Assembly (NCBI GenBank): GCA_036381575.1
Contig: DASVCO010000044.1
Coordinates: 1-53,458, forward strand
DNA length: 53,458 bases
Reading direction: 5' to 3'
Origin: Bacillales bacterium
GTDB taxonomy: Bacteria > Bacillota > Bacilli > Bacillales > DASSOY01
Made by a program: the position numbers and the translations under genes. Position 1 is the stretch's first letter, and every line of letters starts with the position of its first letter. Below, one piece after another: positions 31,481 through 40,217 of the stretch. The notes under the pieces are model-generated. The model saw only the letters and a program-made list of their open reading frames with translations. It made no database searches and was not told the origin of the DNA.

Positions 31481-31509
31481 ATTTTAGCATGGCACCGGGA
31501 AAAAATCAA
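31481..31509 (-). promoter_or_regulatory. Sigma-A promoter of the 6S RNA gene
   Basis: On the minus strand, TTGATT-17 nt-TAAAAT with a TG extended -10 (aTGcTAAAAT), about 13-20 nt upstream of the predicted mature 5' end. Confidence 0.6.
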
Positions 31510-31535
31510 GTTCAAATTGAAACGCTTACAGAAAA

Positions 31536-31577
31536 ATAGAAAAAATGATTCGCCAGTCCTAGAAATGGACCGGCGAT
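31536..31577 (-). terminator. Terminator after aspS
   Basis: On the minus strand, TCGCCGGTCC-atttcta-GGACTGGCGA is followed by a T-rich run (ATCATTTTTTCTATTTTT). Confidence 0.7.
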
Positions 31578-31584
31578 TTGTCAT

Positions 31585-33357
31585 TTACTCGTTCTTTTTT
31601 CTTATATCAAGATGCAACTCATCAAGCTGTGCCCGGCTAACAGGAGAAGGCGCCTCGGTCATTGGATCACTTGCACTCGCTGTTTTGGGGAACGGGATCA
31701 CGTCACGAAGAGTGTGCCGCCCCGCCAGAATCATGATAATCCGATCATACCCAAGGGCGATCCCGCCATGTGGAGGAGCACCATATTCAAAGGCTTCAAG
31801 CAAGAAGCCGAACTGTTTCTTCGCTTCTTCCTCGGAAAACCCAAGCGCACGAAACATTTTGTCCTGGATTTCCCGTCTATGAATACGGCGTGAGCCTCCG
31901 CCAATTTCATAACCGTTTAACACAAGATCATACGCCTCTGCTCTCACTTCACCGGGATTCGAATCAAGCAAGTCAAGATCTTCCTCCATCGGCATTGTAA
32001 ACGGATGATGTCGTGCAACATAACGATCCTCATCTTCGTCATATTCAAGGAGAGGAAACTCTGTCACCCACAAGAAGTTTAATTTGCTTTCGTCAATCAA
32101 TCCCCGGTCTTTTCCGAGTTTCAAACGAAGGGCCCCAAGGCTGTCAGCAACAACCTCTTTCTTGTCAGCTACAAACAACAACAAGTCGCCCGATTCCGCA
32201 TCCAGTGCATCCTTCAACCCATCGCGCTCTTCGTCACTGAAGAACTTGGCTATCGGGCCATTCAGCCCTTCTTCTTCAACCTTCAGCCAGGCTAAACCTT
32301 TTGCCCCGTAACGGGAAACATGTTCTTCCAGTTCATCAATGGCCTTTCGGGAATAATCAGCAGCGGCATTTTTCACATTAATCGCCTTAACTTCCCCGCC
32401 TTTTTCAACCGTTCCGCTAAATACCTTAAACTGGCTGTTCTTCACAACCTCGGACACGTTGACAAGTTCCATGCCGAAACGGGTATCCGGCTTATCAGAA
32501 CCATAACGATCCATAGCCTCCGCAAAAGTCATCCGCGGGAACGGAACAGGAGCTTCGATCCCCTTAACTTCGTGAACAATCTTCCCCATCATGCGTTCAA
32601 TCATATGCAGGAAATGTTCTTTCTCCATAAACGAAGTTTCAATGTCAATCTGTGTGAACTCCGGCTGGCGGTCAGCGCGTAAATCTTCGTCGCGGAAACA
32701 ACGGACAATCTGATAATATCGTTCAAAGCCCGCCACCATCAGCAACTGTTTGAAGAGCTGGGGTGACTGCGGAAGCGCGAAAAATTCGCCGGGATTCACG
32801 CGGCTTGGTACCAGATAATCGCGCGCACCCTCTGGCGTGCTTTTCGTCAAGACAGGCGTATCAATCTCGAAAAACGCTTCATTATCAAGAAAATCACGGA
32901 TCAATTTCGAGATCCGATGGCGCATCTGAAAGGTTTTCTGCATCACAGGGCGCCGCAAATCAAGGTAACGGTACTTCAACCTGACCTCTTCAGCCGCGTC
33001 CGTATTATCTTCGATCATAAACGGCGGCGTTTTCGAAGGATTGACAATCTCTACTTTTTTCGCCTTGACCTCGATTTTCCCTGTTGACAGCTTAGGGTTC
33101 ACCGCCGCCGGTTCCCGATCCACCACTTGGCCCTCAATGTCCAGTACGAATTCGCTCCGTACTTTTTCCGCAATTTGCAAAGCGTCCTTTGATACCTCGG
33201 GATTAAATACAACCTGAACAATGCCGGTCCGGTCACGCAAATCGATGAAAATCAATCCGCCAAGATCGCGGCGGCGCTGTACCCACCCTTTTAACCGTAC
33301 CTTCTCTCCGCTTTGTTCCTCGGTCAATTTCCCGCATTGATGTTCTCTTTCTGACAA
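31585..33357 (-). CDS. aspS: Aspartate--tRNA ligase
   Basis: Class IIb AspRS motifs are present: [47 protein letters not shown] and [12 protein letters not shown]. The start is probably the TTG at 33357 (SD GGATGGGGTGA). The GTG at 33366 has no spacing to the SD. Confidence 0.95.
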   Translation of the reverse strand: MSEREHQCGKLTEEQSGEKVRLKGWVQRRRDLGGLIFIDLRDRTGIVQVVFNPEVSKDALQIAEKVRSEFVLDIEGQVVDREPAAVNPKLSTGKIEVKAKKVEIVNPSKTPPFMIEDNTDAAEEVRLKYRYLDLRRPVMQKTFQMRHRISKLIRDFLDNEAFFEIDTPVLTKSTPEGARDYLVPSRVNPGEFFALPQSPQLFKQLLMVAGFERYYQIVRCFRDEDLRADRQPEFTQIDIETSFMEKEHFLHMIERMMGKIVHEVKGIEAPVPFPRMTFAEAMDRYGSDKPDTRFGMELVNVSEVVKNSQFKVFSGTVEKGGEVKAINVKNAAADYSRKAIDELEEHVSRYGAKGLAWLKVEEEGLNGPIAKFFSDEERDGLKDALDAESGDLLLFVADKKEVVADSLGALRLKLGKDRGLIDESKLNFLWVTEFPLLEYDEDEDRYVARHHPFTMPMEEDLDLLDSNPGEVRAEAYDLVLNGYEIGGGSRRIHRREIQDKMFRALGFSEEEAKKQFGFLLEAFEYGAPPHGGIALGYDRIIMILAGRHTLRDVIPFPKTASASDPMTEAPSPVSRAQLDELHLDIRKKNE

Positions 33358-33386
33358 TAGAATCACCCCATCCTTTTAAACAATAG

Positions 33387-34655
33387 TCAAATTCTCTCTT
33401 CTATATAATGAACCAGCTGGTCCAGAGCTACTTCCTGTTGTTCACCGGAGGCCAGATCCTTAACATTGATCACACCGTTTTCCAATTCTTCATCCCCGAG
33501 AACAGCCACAAATTTGGCATTGGCACGATCAGCACCTTTGAACTGTGCCTTTATCTTTTTGTCAAGGTAATCTTTATCGGCCGACAATCCGCTGCTCCGC
33601 AACTTATATAACAACGACGGGGCTTTATCTTTTGCCTGGCCACCAATCATAACCAGATAGCAGTCAATCGACTTTTCTACCGGAAGCGAAATCCCTTCCG
33701 CTTCCATCGCAACAAGAATCCGGTCCAGCCCTAATCCAAAGCCTATTCCGGGTGTTTCAGGACCGCCGATTTCTTCTACCAGCCCGTTGTAACGTCCGCC
33801 GCCCCCTATGGTTTTAATGGCACCGAGACCTTCGGCATGGCTCACCATTTCAAAAGCGGTGTGATTATAATAATCCAGGCCGCGAACCAGTGTTGGATCG
33901 ACAATATACTCGATATTCATTTCCGACAAATACTGCTTGACCTTCTCAAAGAAGTTGCTAGACTCCTCATTTAAATATTCCAGGATAGAAGGCGCTGTTT
34001 CCATTAACTCGTGATCCTGGTCTTTTTTACAATCAAGAATTCGCAATGGATTTTCCTCAAGACGCCTCTGGCAGTCCCCGCAAAATTCATTGATTCTCGG
34101 CTTAAAGTGAGCAATCAAAGCTTCGCGATGAGCCACTCGGCTTTCCGCATCCCCCAGGCTGTTCATCACAGGCTTGAACTTTTTCAACCCCAATTCCCGG
34201 CAAAAATCAACCGCCATCGCAATTACTTCAGCGTCAATGGCCGGATCGACACTTCCGAAAGCCTCGATACCAAACTGGGAAAATTGCCTCATACGGCCTT
34301 TTTGCGGGCGCTCATAACGGAACATCGGTCCCAAATAAAACAATTTCGTCGGCTGCTGCGGCTGCCCGAACAATTTATTGTCAATAAAGGCTCGAACAAC
34401 CGATGCTGTACCTTCTGGCCGAAGAGTCAAACTACGCTCGGAACGATCTTTAAATGTATACATTTCTTTTTGAACGATATCGGTTGTATCTCCAACTCCT
34501 CGTTGAAACAACTCGGTGTGTTCAAACATCGGCGTCCGAATTTCTTGATAACCGTAACGCCGGCACAAATCACGCGCCCTGCTCTCCATATACTGCCATA
34601 ACTCTACATCACCTGGGACTACGTCATAAGTCCCCCTTGGAATGTTCACTTCCAT
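33387..34655 (-). CDS. hisS: Histidine--tRNA ligase
   Basis: NIPRGTYDVVPG, LRPEGTASVVRA, FRYERPQKGRMRQFSQFG and GGGRY motifs. GAAGGAGGAA lies upstream of the ATG at 34655 (MEVNIPRGT). Confidence 0.95.
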   Translation of the reverse strand: MEVNIPRGTYDVVPGDVELWQYMESRARDLCRRYGYQEIRTPMFEHTELFQRGVGDTTDIVQKEMYTFKDRSERSLTLRPEGTASVVRAFIDNKLFGQPQQPTKLFYLGPMFRYERPQKGRMRQFSQFGIEAFGSVDPAIDAEVIAMAVDFCRELGLKKFKPVMNSLGDAESRVAHREALIAHFKPRINEFCGDCQRRLEENPLRILDCKKDQDHELMETAPSILEYLNEESSNFFEKVKQYLSEMNIEYIVDPTLVRGLDYYNHTAFEMVSHAEGLGAIKTIGGGGRYNGLVEEIGGPETPGIGFGLGLDRILVAMEAEGISLPVEKSIDCYLVMIGGQAKDKAPSLLYKLRSSGLSADKDYLDKKIKAQFKGADRANAKFVAVLGDEELENGVINVKDLASGEQQEVALDQLVHYIEERI

Positions 34656-34781
34656 GTCCGTTCCTCCTTCATATTCGTACTGCGCCGAGTGCGCTTCCCT
34701 GCTCAATAAATGTGCCGCCCCTTTATTTTGACGCGGTTTGTTGCCTATCCCATTTGGTTATCCAAATAAATCTTGCACAAT

Positions 34782-35046
34782 AAAAAAACTCCCATCCCGA
34801 AAGGGACGAGAGTTGTTACCCGTGGTACCACCCTGATTGAAGCCTGTGATCGGCTTCCGCTCTCGGCAGTTAACGCCTGCCATGACGTCCTTCTCCTAAT
34901 AAGCGGAACCGCCGTTCAGAAAGAAACCTTCGGAGTGTCATTCACAAGTCATCACGCAAAAGTGCTTCCAGCCAACGGCACTTTCTCTCTGGCCATGTGG
35001 GGCCTGCTACTTGTCTCCGTCATCGGTTCTATCGATTCGAATAATT
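34782..35046 (-). promoter_or_regulatory. T-box riboswitch leader of the hisS-aspS operon
   Basis: Read on the minus strand: an AGAGAAAG box, a specifier region GAAU-GACAC-U, the T-box sequence GGGTGGTACCACG (34821-34833), and a terminator AACTCTCGTCCC-tttc-GGGATGGGAGTT followed by TTTTTTT. Confidence 0.85.
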
Positions 35047-35053
35047 GTCTCCT

Positions 35054-35082
35054 ATCATACCCATGAAAAAATCGCTTGTCAA
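35054..35082 (-). promoter_or_regulatory. Sigma-A promoter of the hisS-aspS leader
   Basis: On the minus strand, TTGACA-17 nt-TATGAT. The -35 lies inside the palindrome CGCTTGtCAAGCG. Confidence 0.6.
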
Positions 35083-35383
35083 GCGAAAATCCTTTATAAT
35101 CTTTTGTTGTTCTCCTTAAGCGTTTTCACTCTTTGTTCCGATACGGGAATTTCATTAGAGGATGTCATATCCTCCCCTTCTTCCCGTTGGATGGGATCAT
35201 AAACGTCCATCCCGAAAATCTGTCCTGAAACCGTATTGCCGACCGATTGCAGCAAACTCTTTCGCATTCGAATCCTTCCTTTGGCCTATTTTCTATTAGT
35301 TTGTCCGAATTCGACAAAAATCAATCAAATGTCCTAAAGGAATTCCTGAACGAACGGCGAAGTGAACAAGGGAAGGGAGGTAC

Positions 35384-36460
35384 ATGGCTTTGCACAGACA
35401 AATCAGAACATGGATTTTACTCTGCGCGCTGTTCGGATTCTTCTGGATGGGATCCGGCGCTCAAGCAGAAGGCATCAAGGAAGCGGAAGTCGGTGTAAAG
35501 GTACTGAACGTACGGGACGGACCCAGCCTTGAAGATGAAGTGATCGCCCAGGTAGAGGGCGGTAACACATTCAAGGTTTTGGACGAACGTTTCGGATGGC
35601 TGGAAATTCGGTTGGACAACGGAGAGTCGGGGTGGATAGCCGGACAATTCACAATTAAATCAACCGGTGAAACCTCTCCCCCTGCCAAAGTCAATACATC
35701 GGACGGCCCAACTGTTACCTTGCTTTACGACGGCACCAACCTTCGAAATGGGCCGGGACTTCGCTACAACGTAATCACTCGGGGAAGCGAAGGAGATCGT
35801 TTTTCTGTTCTTGGAAAATCAGGAAATTGGTATCGGATTCAACTTCCAGACGGCGCAGAGGCATTTGTGGCCGGATGGATTGTGGTTCCTTCCGATCAAA
35901 AGAAAGCCGCCTTACAGGGAAAAACAATTGTCGTAGATCCAGGACACGGCGGTTTTGACAGCGGTGCTATCGGTAATTTCTATGACACAGTAGAAAAGGA
36001 CTTAACCCTGAACACGGCGGAACAATTAACGGAGAAACTTCGCAACGCGGGAGCCTATGTGATCATGACCCGGAATGATGACACATTCATTTCTCTGGAA
36101 GACCGCGTCAATATCGCGGAGAAATATGAAGCGGATGCCTTCATCAGCATCCATTACAACGCCTCGCTATATCCAAGAGCAGATGGCGTAACCAGTTATT
36201 ATTACACCAAATCCAAAGACCGTCCGCTGGCGAAAGCCATCCAGGAAGTACTCGTCCAACAAACAGACCGGGATAACCGCGGCGTACGCTTTGCGAACTA
36301 TCATGTATTACGTGAGAATGCCCAGCCTGCAACCTTGCTGGAACTCGGCTTCCTAACTAATTCATGGGAAGAACACGTCGTCAAGACTTCCGGCTACCAA
36401 GACACCATCACCACCGCAATCGTCGACGGCGTTGAAAATTACTTTGAAGAACTCGAATGA
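35384..36460 (+). CDS. yrvJ: N-acetylmuramoyl-L-alanine amidase (Amidase_3) with N-terminal SH3b-type repeats and a signal peptide
   Basis: Two SH3b-like repeats (VLNVRDGPSLEDEVIAQV...GWIAGQF and NLRNGPGLRYNVIT...WYRIQLPDGAEAFVAGWI). The catalytic domain has VVDPGHGGFDSGA, SIHYNA and ELGFLTN. GGGAAGGGAGG lies upstream of the ATG. Confidence 0.88.
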   Translation: MALHRQIRTWILLCALFGFFWMGSGAQAEGIKEAEVGVKVLNVRDGPSLEDEVIAQVEGGNTFKVLDERFGWLEIRLDNGESGWIAGQFTIKSTGETSPPAKVNTSDGPTVTLLYDGTNLRNGPGLRYNVITRGSEGDRFSVLGKSGNWYRIQLPDGAEAFVAGWIVVPSDQKKAALQGKTIVVDPGHGGFDSGAIGNFYDTVEKDLTLNTAEQLTEKLRNAGAYVIMTRNDDTFISLEDRVNIAEKYEADAFISIHYNASLYPRADGVTSYYYTKSKDRPLAKAIQEVLVQQTDRDNRGVRFANYHVLRENAQPATLLELGFLTNSWEEHVVKTSGYQDTITTAIVDGVENYFEELE

Positions 36461-36482
36461 GGCTGGGACATAACCAGTCAAG

Positions 36483-36526
36483 AATAACTTAAAAAAGGTT
36501 CCAATCATCAAAAATCGATGATTGGA
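36483..36526 (+). terminator. Terminator after yrvJ
   Basis: Perfect 17-bp stem AAAAGGTTCCAATCATC-aaaaatc-GATGATTGGAACCTTTT. Confidence 0.75.
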
Positions 36527-36544
36527 ACCTTTTGGGTTGGGATG

Positions 36545-37285
36545 ATTGTCACCCTCTATGATTGGATTGGTTTTCATGGCGGTGTACTTTCTCAAGTTTA
36601 CCGCCATGAATGCAAAACCTAATTCATTTTCCACTTCCTCTTTGCCTCTCACAGACATACGTGTGAAACGCAATGAGCCTTCAGGAATCCGAAGACAGGT
36701 TCCACCTCAATTTTACGTTTACCGTAAATGTCACCCGTTTCTTTTTCCGAAAGCTGCTGTCTCGTATAGGCTTTTTGATTTTCCCATTTCTCATTATAAT
36801 AAATCTTTCGGTTATTCCTTCCTTTGCTTTGGTGCACTGGGATCTTAGTGGACAATCGGAACAGTCCTCACACTTATAAACTTTAAATGTTCTTGTATAA
36901 CCATATCAGTCTGTTCGATTGGAGAGGTAGCGGAACGTTAACTTTTTACCATTCGGACAGATAAAATGATCTTTTTCCTCGTTATATTCCCAATTAGCCG
37001 CATTAAAGGGGTCATCCTTATATTTCTTTTTCTTTTCTTTCCGGTATTGGTTATATGTGATCAAGGGCGTGCGTTTTCGGTTTTCCATGACCTCTTCATA
37101 ATGAAGAGGGCTTCGATTTTTCTCCCTGAGACCACCGATTGCGTGTAGACGCATAGGATCACTTTCATTATCATTCGAGGGTGATAAGCCGGACAGTCCG
37201 TCTTACCTAGAAAACCCGTGAAAGCTTCGTTTTCCTGTAATTTTATTTCTAAAGTCCCTAATAAAAGGTGCGCCGAAAATGGCAC
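36545..37285 (-). mobile_element. Degraded IS5/IS1182-like transposase (DUF772 plus DDE_Tnp_1-type), truncated and frameshifted
   Basis: Four overlapping minus-strand ORF fragments carry collinear transposase pieces. These are CPAYHPRMIMKVILCVYTQSVVSGRKIE (the DUF772 motif); WEYNEEKDHFICPNGKKLTF; GKRKIEVEPVFGFLKA; and VRGKEEVENELGFAFMAVNLRKY. The fragments are in different frames, and the roughly 0.75-kb total is about half a full-length gene. Confidence 0.6.
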
Positions 37286-37303
37286 ACCTTTTACAATCTT
37301 AAC

Positions 37304-37759
37304 TTAAAATTCATTATTGAGTGAAACTACCTTAATTTGTTTATTTTCATCACCACATTGCTTCAACACAAAATATATTTGATCCTTGCTTTCAATTTTC
37401 CTAAAGGCATGACATTTGATCGTTCTAATTTCCTGATTCCCATACTCATCCCTGGTGCTGTCAATGGTATAGATGATTTTTTCTCCGTCATATTCAAGGA
37501 AATAGTAAATTGGATCTCCTTCCGACGTTATTTTGATGACCTTTATAGCATATTTTTTCCGATTATTGAAATGATTGATAAGGTCAAATAAAGAGTCTGT
37601 ATTTTTTATTTTATTATTTGTAATTGTAACAGAATCCTCTATTTTTTGCTTAGGACTATAGGTAACTTCTAACTCATGTTGGTCAATGGAGGCTCCATTC
37701 GAACCAAAACATCCTGCCAAAAAAATAATAAATATACTCGTCCAGAAGAATAGCTTCAT
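37304..37759 (-). CDS. DUF4362-like lipoprotein
   Basis: Lipobox IFLAGC. The core ITSEGDPIYYFLEYDGEKIIYTIDSTRDEYG...IKCHAF...FVLKQCGDE matches my memory of the DUF4362 pattern. A hairpin terminator lies at 37262-37295. The codon usage is AT-rich. Confidence 0.65.
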   Translation of the reverse strand: MKLFFWTSIFIIFLAGCFGSNGASIDQHELEVTYSPKQKIEDSVTITNNKIKNTDSLFDLINHFNNRKKYAIKVIKITSEGDPIYYFLEYDGEKIIYTIDSTRDEYGNQEIRTIKCHAFRKIESKDQIYFVLKQCGDENKQIKVVSLNNEF

Positions 37760-37820
37760 CTGCTGCCCCTTTCTTTTCCAATTTTTAAAGTGGGCTATCC
37801 ATATAAAATATTCAAACGGA

Positions 37821-37861
37821 TTTGGACATCTTCCGATAAATAAAATCGAAAAATGTCCAAA
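37821..37861. promoter_or_regulatory. Inverted repeat in the promoter region of the DUF4362 gene
   Basis: TTTGGACAT-23 nt-ATGTCCAAA, with perfect 9-bp arms, 60-100 nt upstream of the ATG at 37759. Confidence 0.35.
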
Positions 37862-37923
37862 ATTAGTGAGGTATTATATTGTTACTGGAAGTTTTATGAC
37901 CGCTAATTAATTACAGTAACACA

Positions 37924-38544
37924 CTACCTCAAAACAATTTCTTTAATACCTTTTATCCCCTTTTCAATAACTTTTTTATTTATTTTACCATTCACAGTTC
38001 CCTTAAGTGCTTTATGGTTTGATAAAAGAAAGGTTGAATTAGGATTATACATATAAAATCCTTGTACTCCCCTAATGGTTTGATATTTTCCATTCCGCTT
38101 CGTGTTGTCATGAATTTGCTCGAGAAAAAGCAGATATTGTTGATCCTTCTCCATTAAAGGTAATTCAGCAAAGATTTCTATTTTTCCATTTGGTCTTTTG
38201 CCTCCATATTGAGAGACTATAATACTTTGCGTACCTTTCTCCCCTTTAAACACCTTATCTATTTTAAACCTAGCATCAGTAAAGGTATCTTTTAAACCTT
38301 TACCTTTAAAAGGTTGATAGGACGAGAGCTCCTGTTCCAAACTGCCCAAAACAACAAGATCAGACGCTGCAATCAAAGATTCAACACTTTTAAATTCGTT
38401 GCCCCAAGATGCATGAGCTATAATTAAATTGGGATCAGACATTTGTAATTGTTTGTTAGCACCTGTTTCGAATGTAACATTGTATCCAAAATAACCGAAG
38501 GAAAGAACTATCGCGATAGAGATGCCCGTTAGCATTTTGTTCAT
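37924..38544 (-). CDS. Secreted or membrane-anchored protein of unknown function, co-transcribed with the matrixin gene
   Basis: GAGGAGGT lies 7 nt upstream of the ATG. The N-terminal hydrophobic anchor is LTGISIAIVLSFGYFGY. It lies 19 nt downstream of the protease stop. I recognise no family. Confidence 0.6.
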   Translation of the reverse strand: MNKMLTGISIAIVLSFGYFGYNVTFETGANKQLQMSDPNLIIAHASWGNEFKSVESLIAASDLVVLGSLEQELSSYQPFKGKGLKDTFTDARFKIDKVFKGEKGTQSIIVSQYGGKRPNGKIEIFAELPLMEKDQQYLLFLEQIHDNTKRNGKYQTIRGVQGFYMYNPNSTFLLSNHKALKGTVNGKINKKVIEKGIKGIKEIVLR

Positions 38545-38563
38545 AAATTGAACCTCCTCGTTT

Positions 38564-39151
38564 TTAAAGTTGATGATAATAGTGATTCATGATAGTTACA
38601 TCCTCAGTATCATTTGGAGTATATTGATTCCTATTATCGTAAGGGTACATTAGATAATCAATATCATCTCTGTGCATCAAACCTAAAGCATGCCCCAATT
38701 CATGGGCAATCAAACCAGCCAACTTAGCATTGCTGTAGTTCAAGATCCCATTTCGGACATTCAATTCAACATTTACACCATAGTAATGTGAATTAGAATC
38801 CCAGTTGTAGCTTGCCCCTGAAGCTTTGCCCGTCCAAGAAGTTGATGTGTATACATCTTCAACTAAAACTAACCTTCCTAAGGCGCTATTACTTTTTACA
38901 TAGGTAACAATATATTGATTATTGTTAATGTTATCCAATGCTGCATTATTCACCAAAGCTTGTAACCTTTGATAATTGTAACTAACATTATTTAAATAAG
39001 GGATGTAATCCTCATTTGCCCAGTGTCCATTCCACGTGAATGCATTGCTTGCATTTGCCTTATTACCTACTAACATACCTGATCCAAAGGATAATATTGA
39101 CAAAACGATGACCACAAATAAATACTTGATTGGCCTTGAAACAATACTCAT
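38564..39151 (-). CDS. Secreted matrixin-type (M10-like metzincin) zinc metalloprotease without a recognisable prodomain
   Basis: HELGHALGLMH (the HExxHxxGxxH motif) followed by the Met-turn YLMYPY. A signal peptide is present (IKYLFVVIVLSILSFGSGMLVGNKANA). AAAGGAGGAAAAAAC lies upstream of the ATG at 39151. Confidence 0.8.
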   Translation of the reverse strand: MSIVSRPIKYLFVVIVLSILSFGSGMLVGNKANASNAFTWNGHWANEDYIPYLNNVSYNYQRLQALVNNAALDNINNNQYIVTYVKSNSALGRLVLVEDVYTSTSWTGKASGASYNWDSNSHYYGVNVELNVRNGILNYSNAKLAGLIAHELGHALGLMHRDDIDYLMYPYDNRNQYTPNDTEDVTIMNHYYHQL

Positions 39152-39176
39152 GTTTTTTCCTCCTTTGATAATTATC

Positions 39177-39227
39177 TGGAATATAAAAATCAAACATTCA
39201 ATACAAAATGTTTAAATCTATATTCCA
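39177..39227. promoter_or_regulatory. 51-bp nested palindrome immediately upstream of the matrixin RBS
   Basis: TGGAATATA-aaaatc-AAACATT-caatacaa-AATGTTT-aaatc-TATATTCCA, with outer 9-bp and inner 7-bp arms, both perfect. Confidence 0.5.
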
Positions 39228-39309
39228 TCTTTCCAGTACCGTGTAGATTAGTTACTATAATAAAATGGTATCTAAAATTTAGGTAGGGTGATTTATTTTT
39301 CATCCCTTT

Positions 39310-39951
39310 TTAAATTATTCCAAAATCTTTTGCCATTCGTGCAGCTTCTTTGTAATTAGTGGTACCCATTTTTCTATTAATTCCTCTGATATGGCTTTTA
39401 ACCGTATCTTCACTTCGATAGGTTTCATCGGCAATTCTTATTCGACTGTAACCTTTCGCCTTTAATTTCAAAATTTCTTTCTCGGCAGGTGTTAATGATC
39501 TTTTAATTATTTCTACCTTGTTCTCTTCGATTTGTTTTTCCAATCTCTTGATTTCTTTTTCTGAATGTAGTATGGAAAGCTTCATTTCCCGCTTTTCTTC
39601 CAGCATCTGCAAAGCCGAAATCATCATAAATTTGTTGATCGGTTTGGGCAAAAAATAATCAATCCCTGCAGAATAGTATTTCAAAATGGCTTTGTCCGAA
39701 TTTATTTTTGCAGTCATAATCATCATACCTTCAAAGGCATTATTTCTTACGTGTTCAATCCATTTCATTCCGTCAGTACAGGAAATAAAGAAATCTCCTA
39801 AAACTACCTCAACCCTCTGTTCAACTAACATTTTCGCATTCACGGAAAGAACATCATCTACAGTACCGACAACCACATTCCCAAGATCTTCAATTATCTT
39901 AGAAACCTCATCACAAACCGCTTGATCCTTATCTGTAATGAAGAAACGCAT
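39310..39951 (-). CDS. Orphan response regulator with a LuxR/GerE-type HTH output domain
   Basis: The receiver residues can be placed: D7/D9, the putative phospho-Asp in VVLGDFF, T in MIMTAK, and K in FLPKP. A coiled linker follows. The C-terminus LTPAEKEILKLKAKGYSRIRIADETYRSEDTVKSHIRGINRKMG is a GerE HTH. No histidine kinase gene is present in the window. Confidence 0.8.
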   Translation of the reverse strand: MRFFITDKDQAVCDEVSKIIEDLGNVVVGTVDDVLSVNAKMLVEQRVEVVLGDFFISCTDGMKWIEHVRNNAFEGMMIMTAKINSDKAILKYYSAGIDYFLPKPINKFMMISALQMLEEKREMKLSILHSEKEIKRLEKQIEENKVEIIKRSLTPAEKEILKLKAKGYSRIRIADETYRSEDTVKSHIRGINRKMGTTNYKEAARMAKDFGII

Positions 39952-40217
39952 CGTTCTTCCCCCTCGTAATAATGGAAATAAGGGCTTTGGTATTGCTTAA
40001 CACAGTGTGTATAAGCACATTTTTGGCTGAAACTGTATGCTAGAAATAACCGGGAGATTTAGATAATTTAATGGTAGGTAAATTCATGGAGTGGTTAAGT
40101 CTAAAGTGGTCATTGTTTCAAATAAACACATATTCCCATCTGTAAATTGACAATAACTGAAAAACCCAAAAATGTCCATAAGAAATTTATCGAAAGTTGT
40201 ATGATTCCGAAAAAGAG

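Noticed and set aside
31281-31490. 69-aa minus-strand ORF between aspS and the rsfA-like gene
   Set aside because: There is no Shine-Dalgarno sequence. The region has the promoter, terminator, end-pairing and synteny of 6S RNA, so I annotated it as an ncRNA instead.
35083-35383. Possible small ORF (24 aa, MTSSNEIPV..., minus strand) and hairpin upstream of yrvJ
   Set aside because: The SD (GGGGAGG) is only 2 nt from the ATG, which is too close. The hairpin lacks a U-run. The evidence is insufficient.
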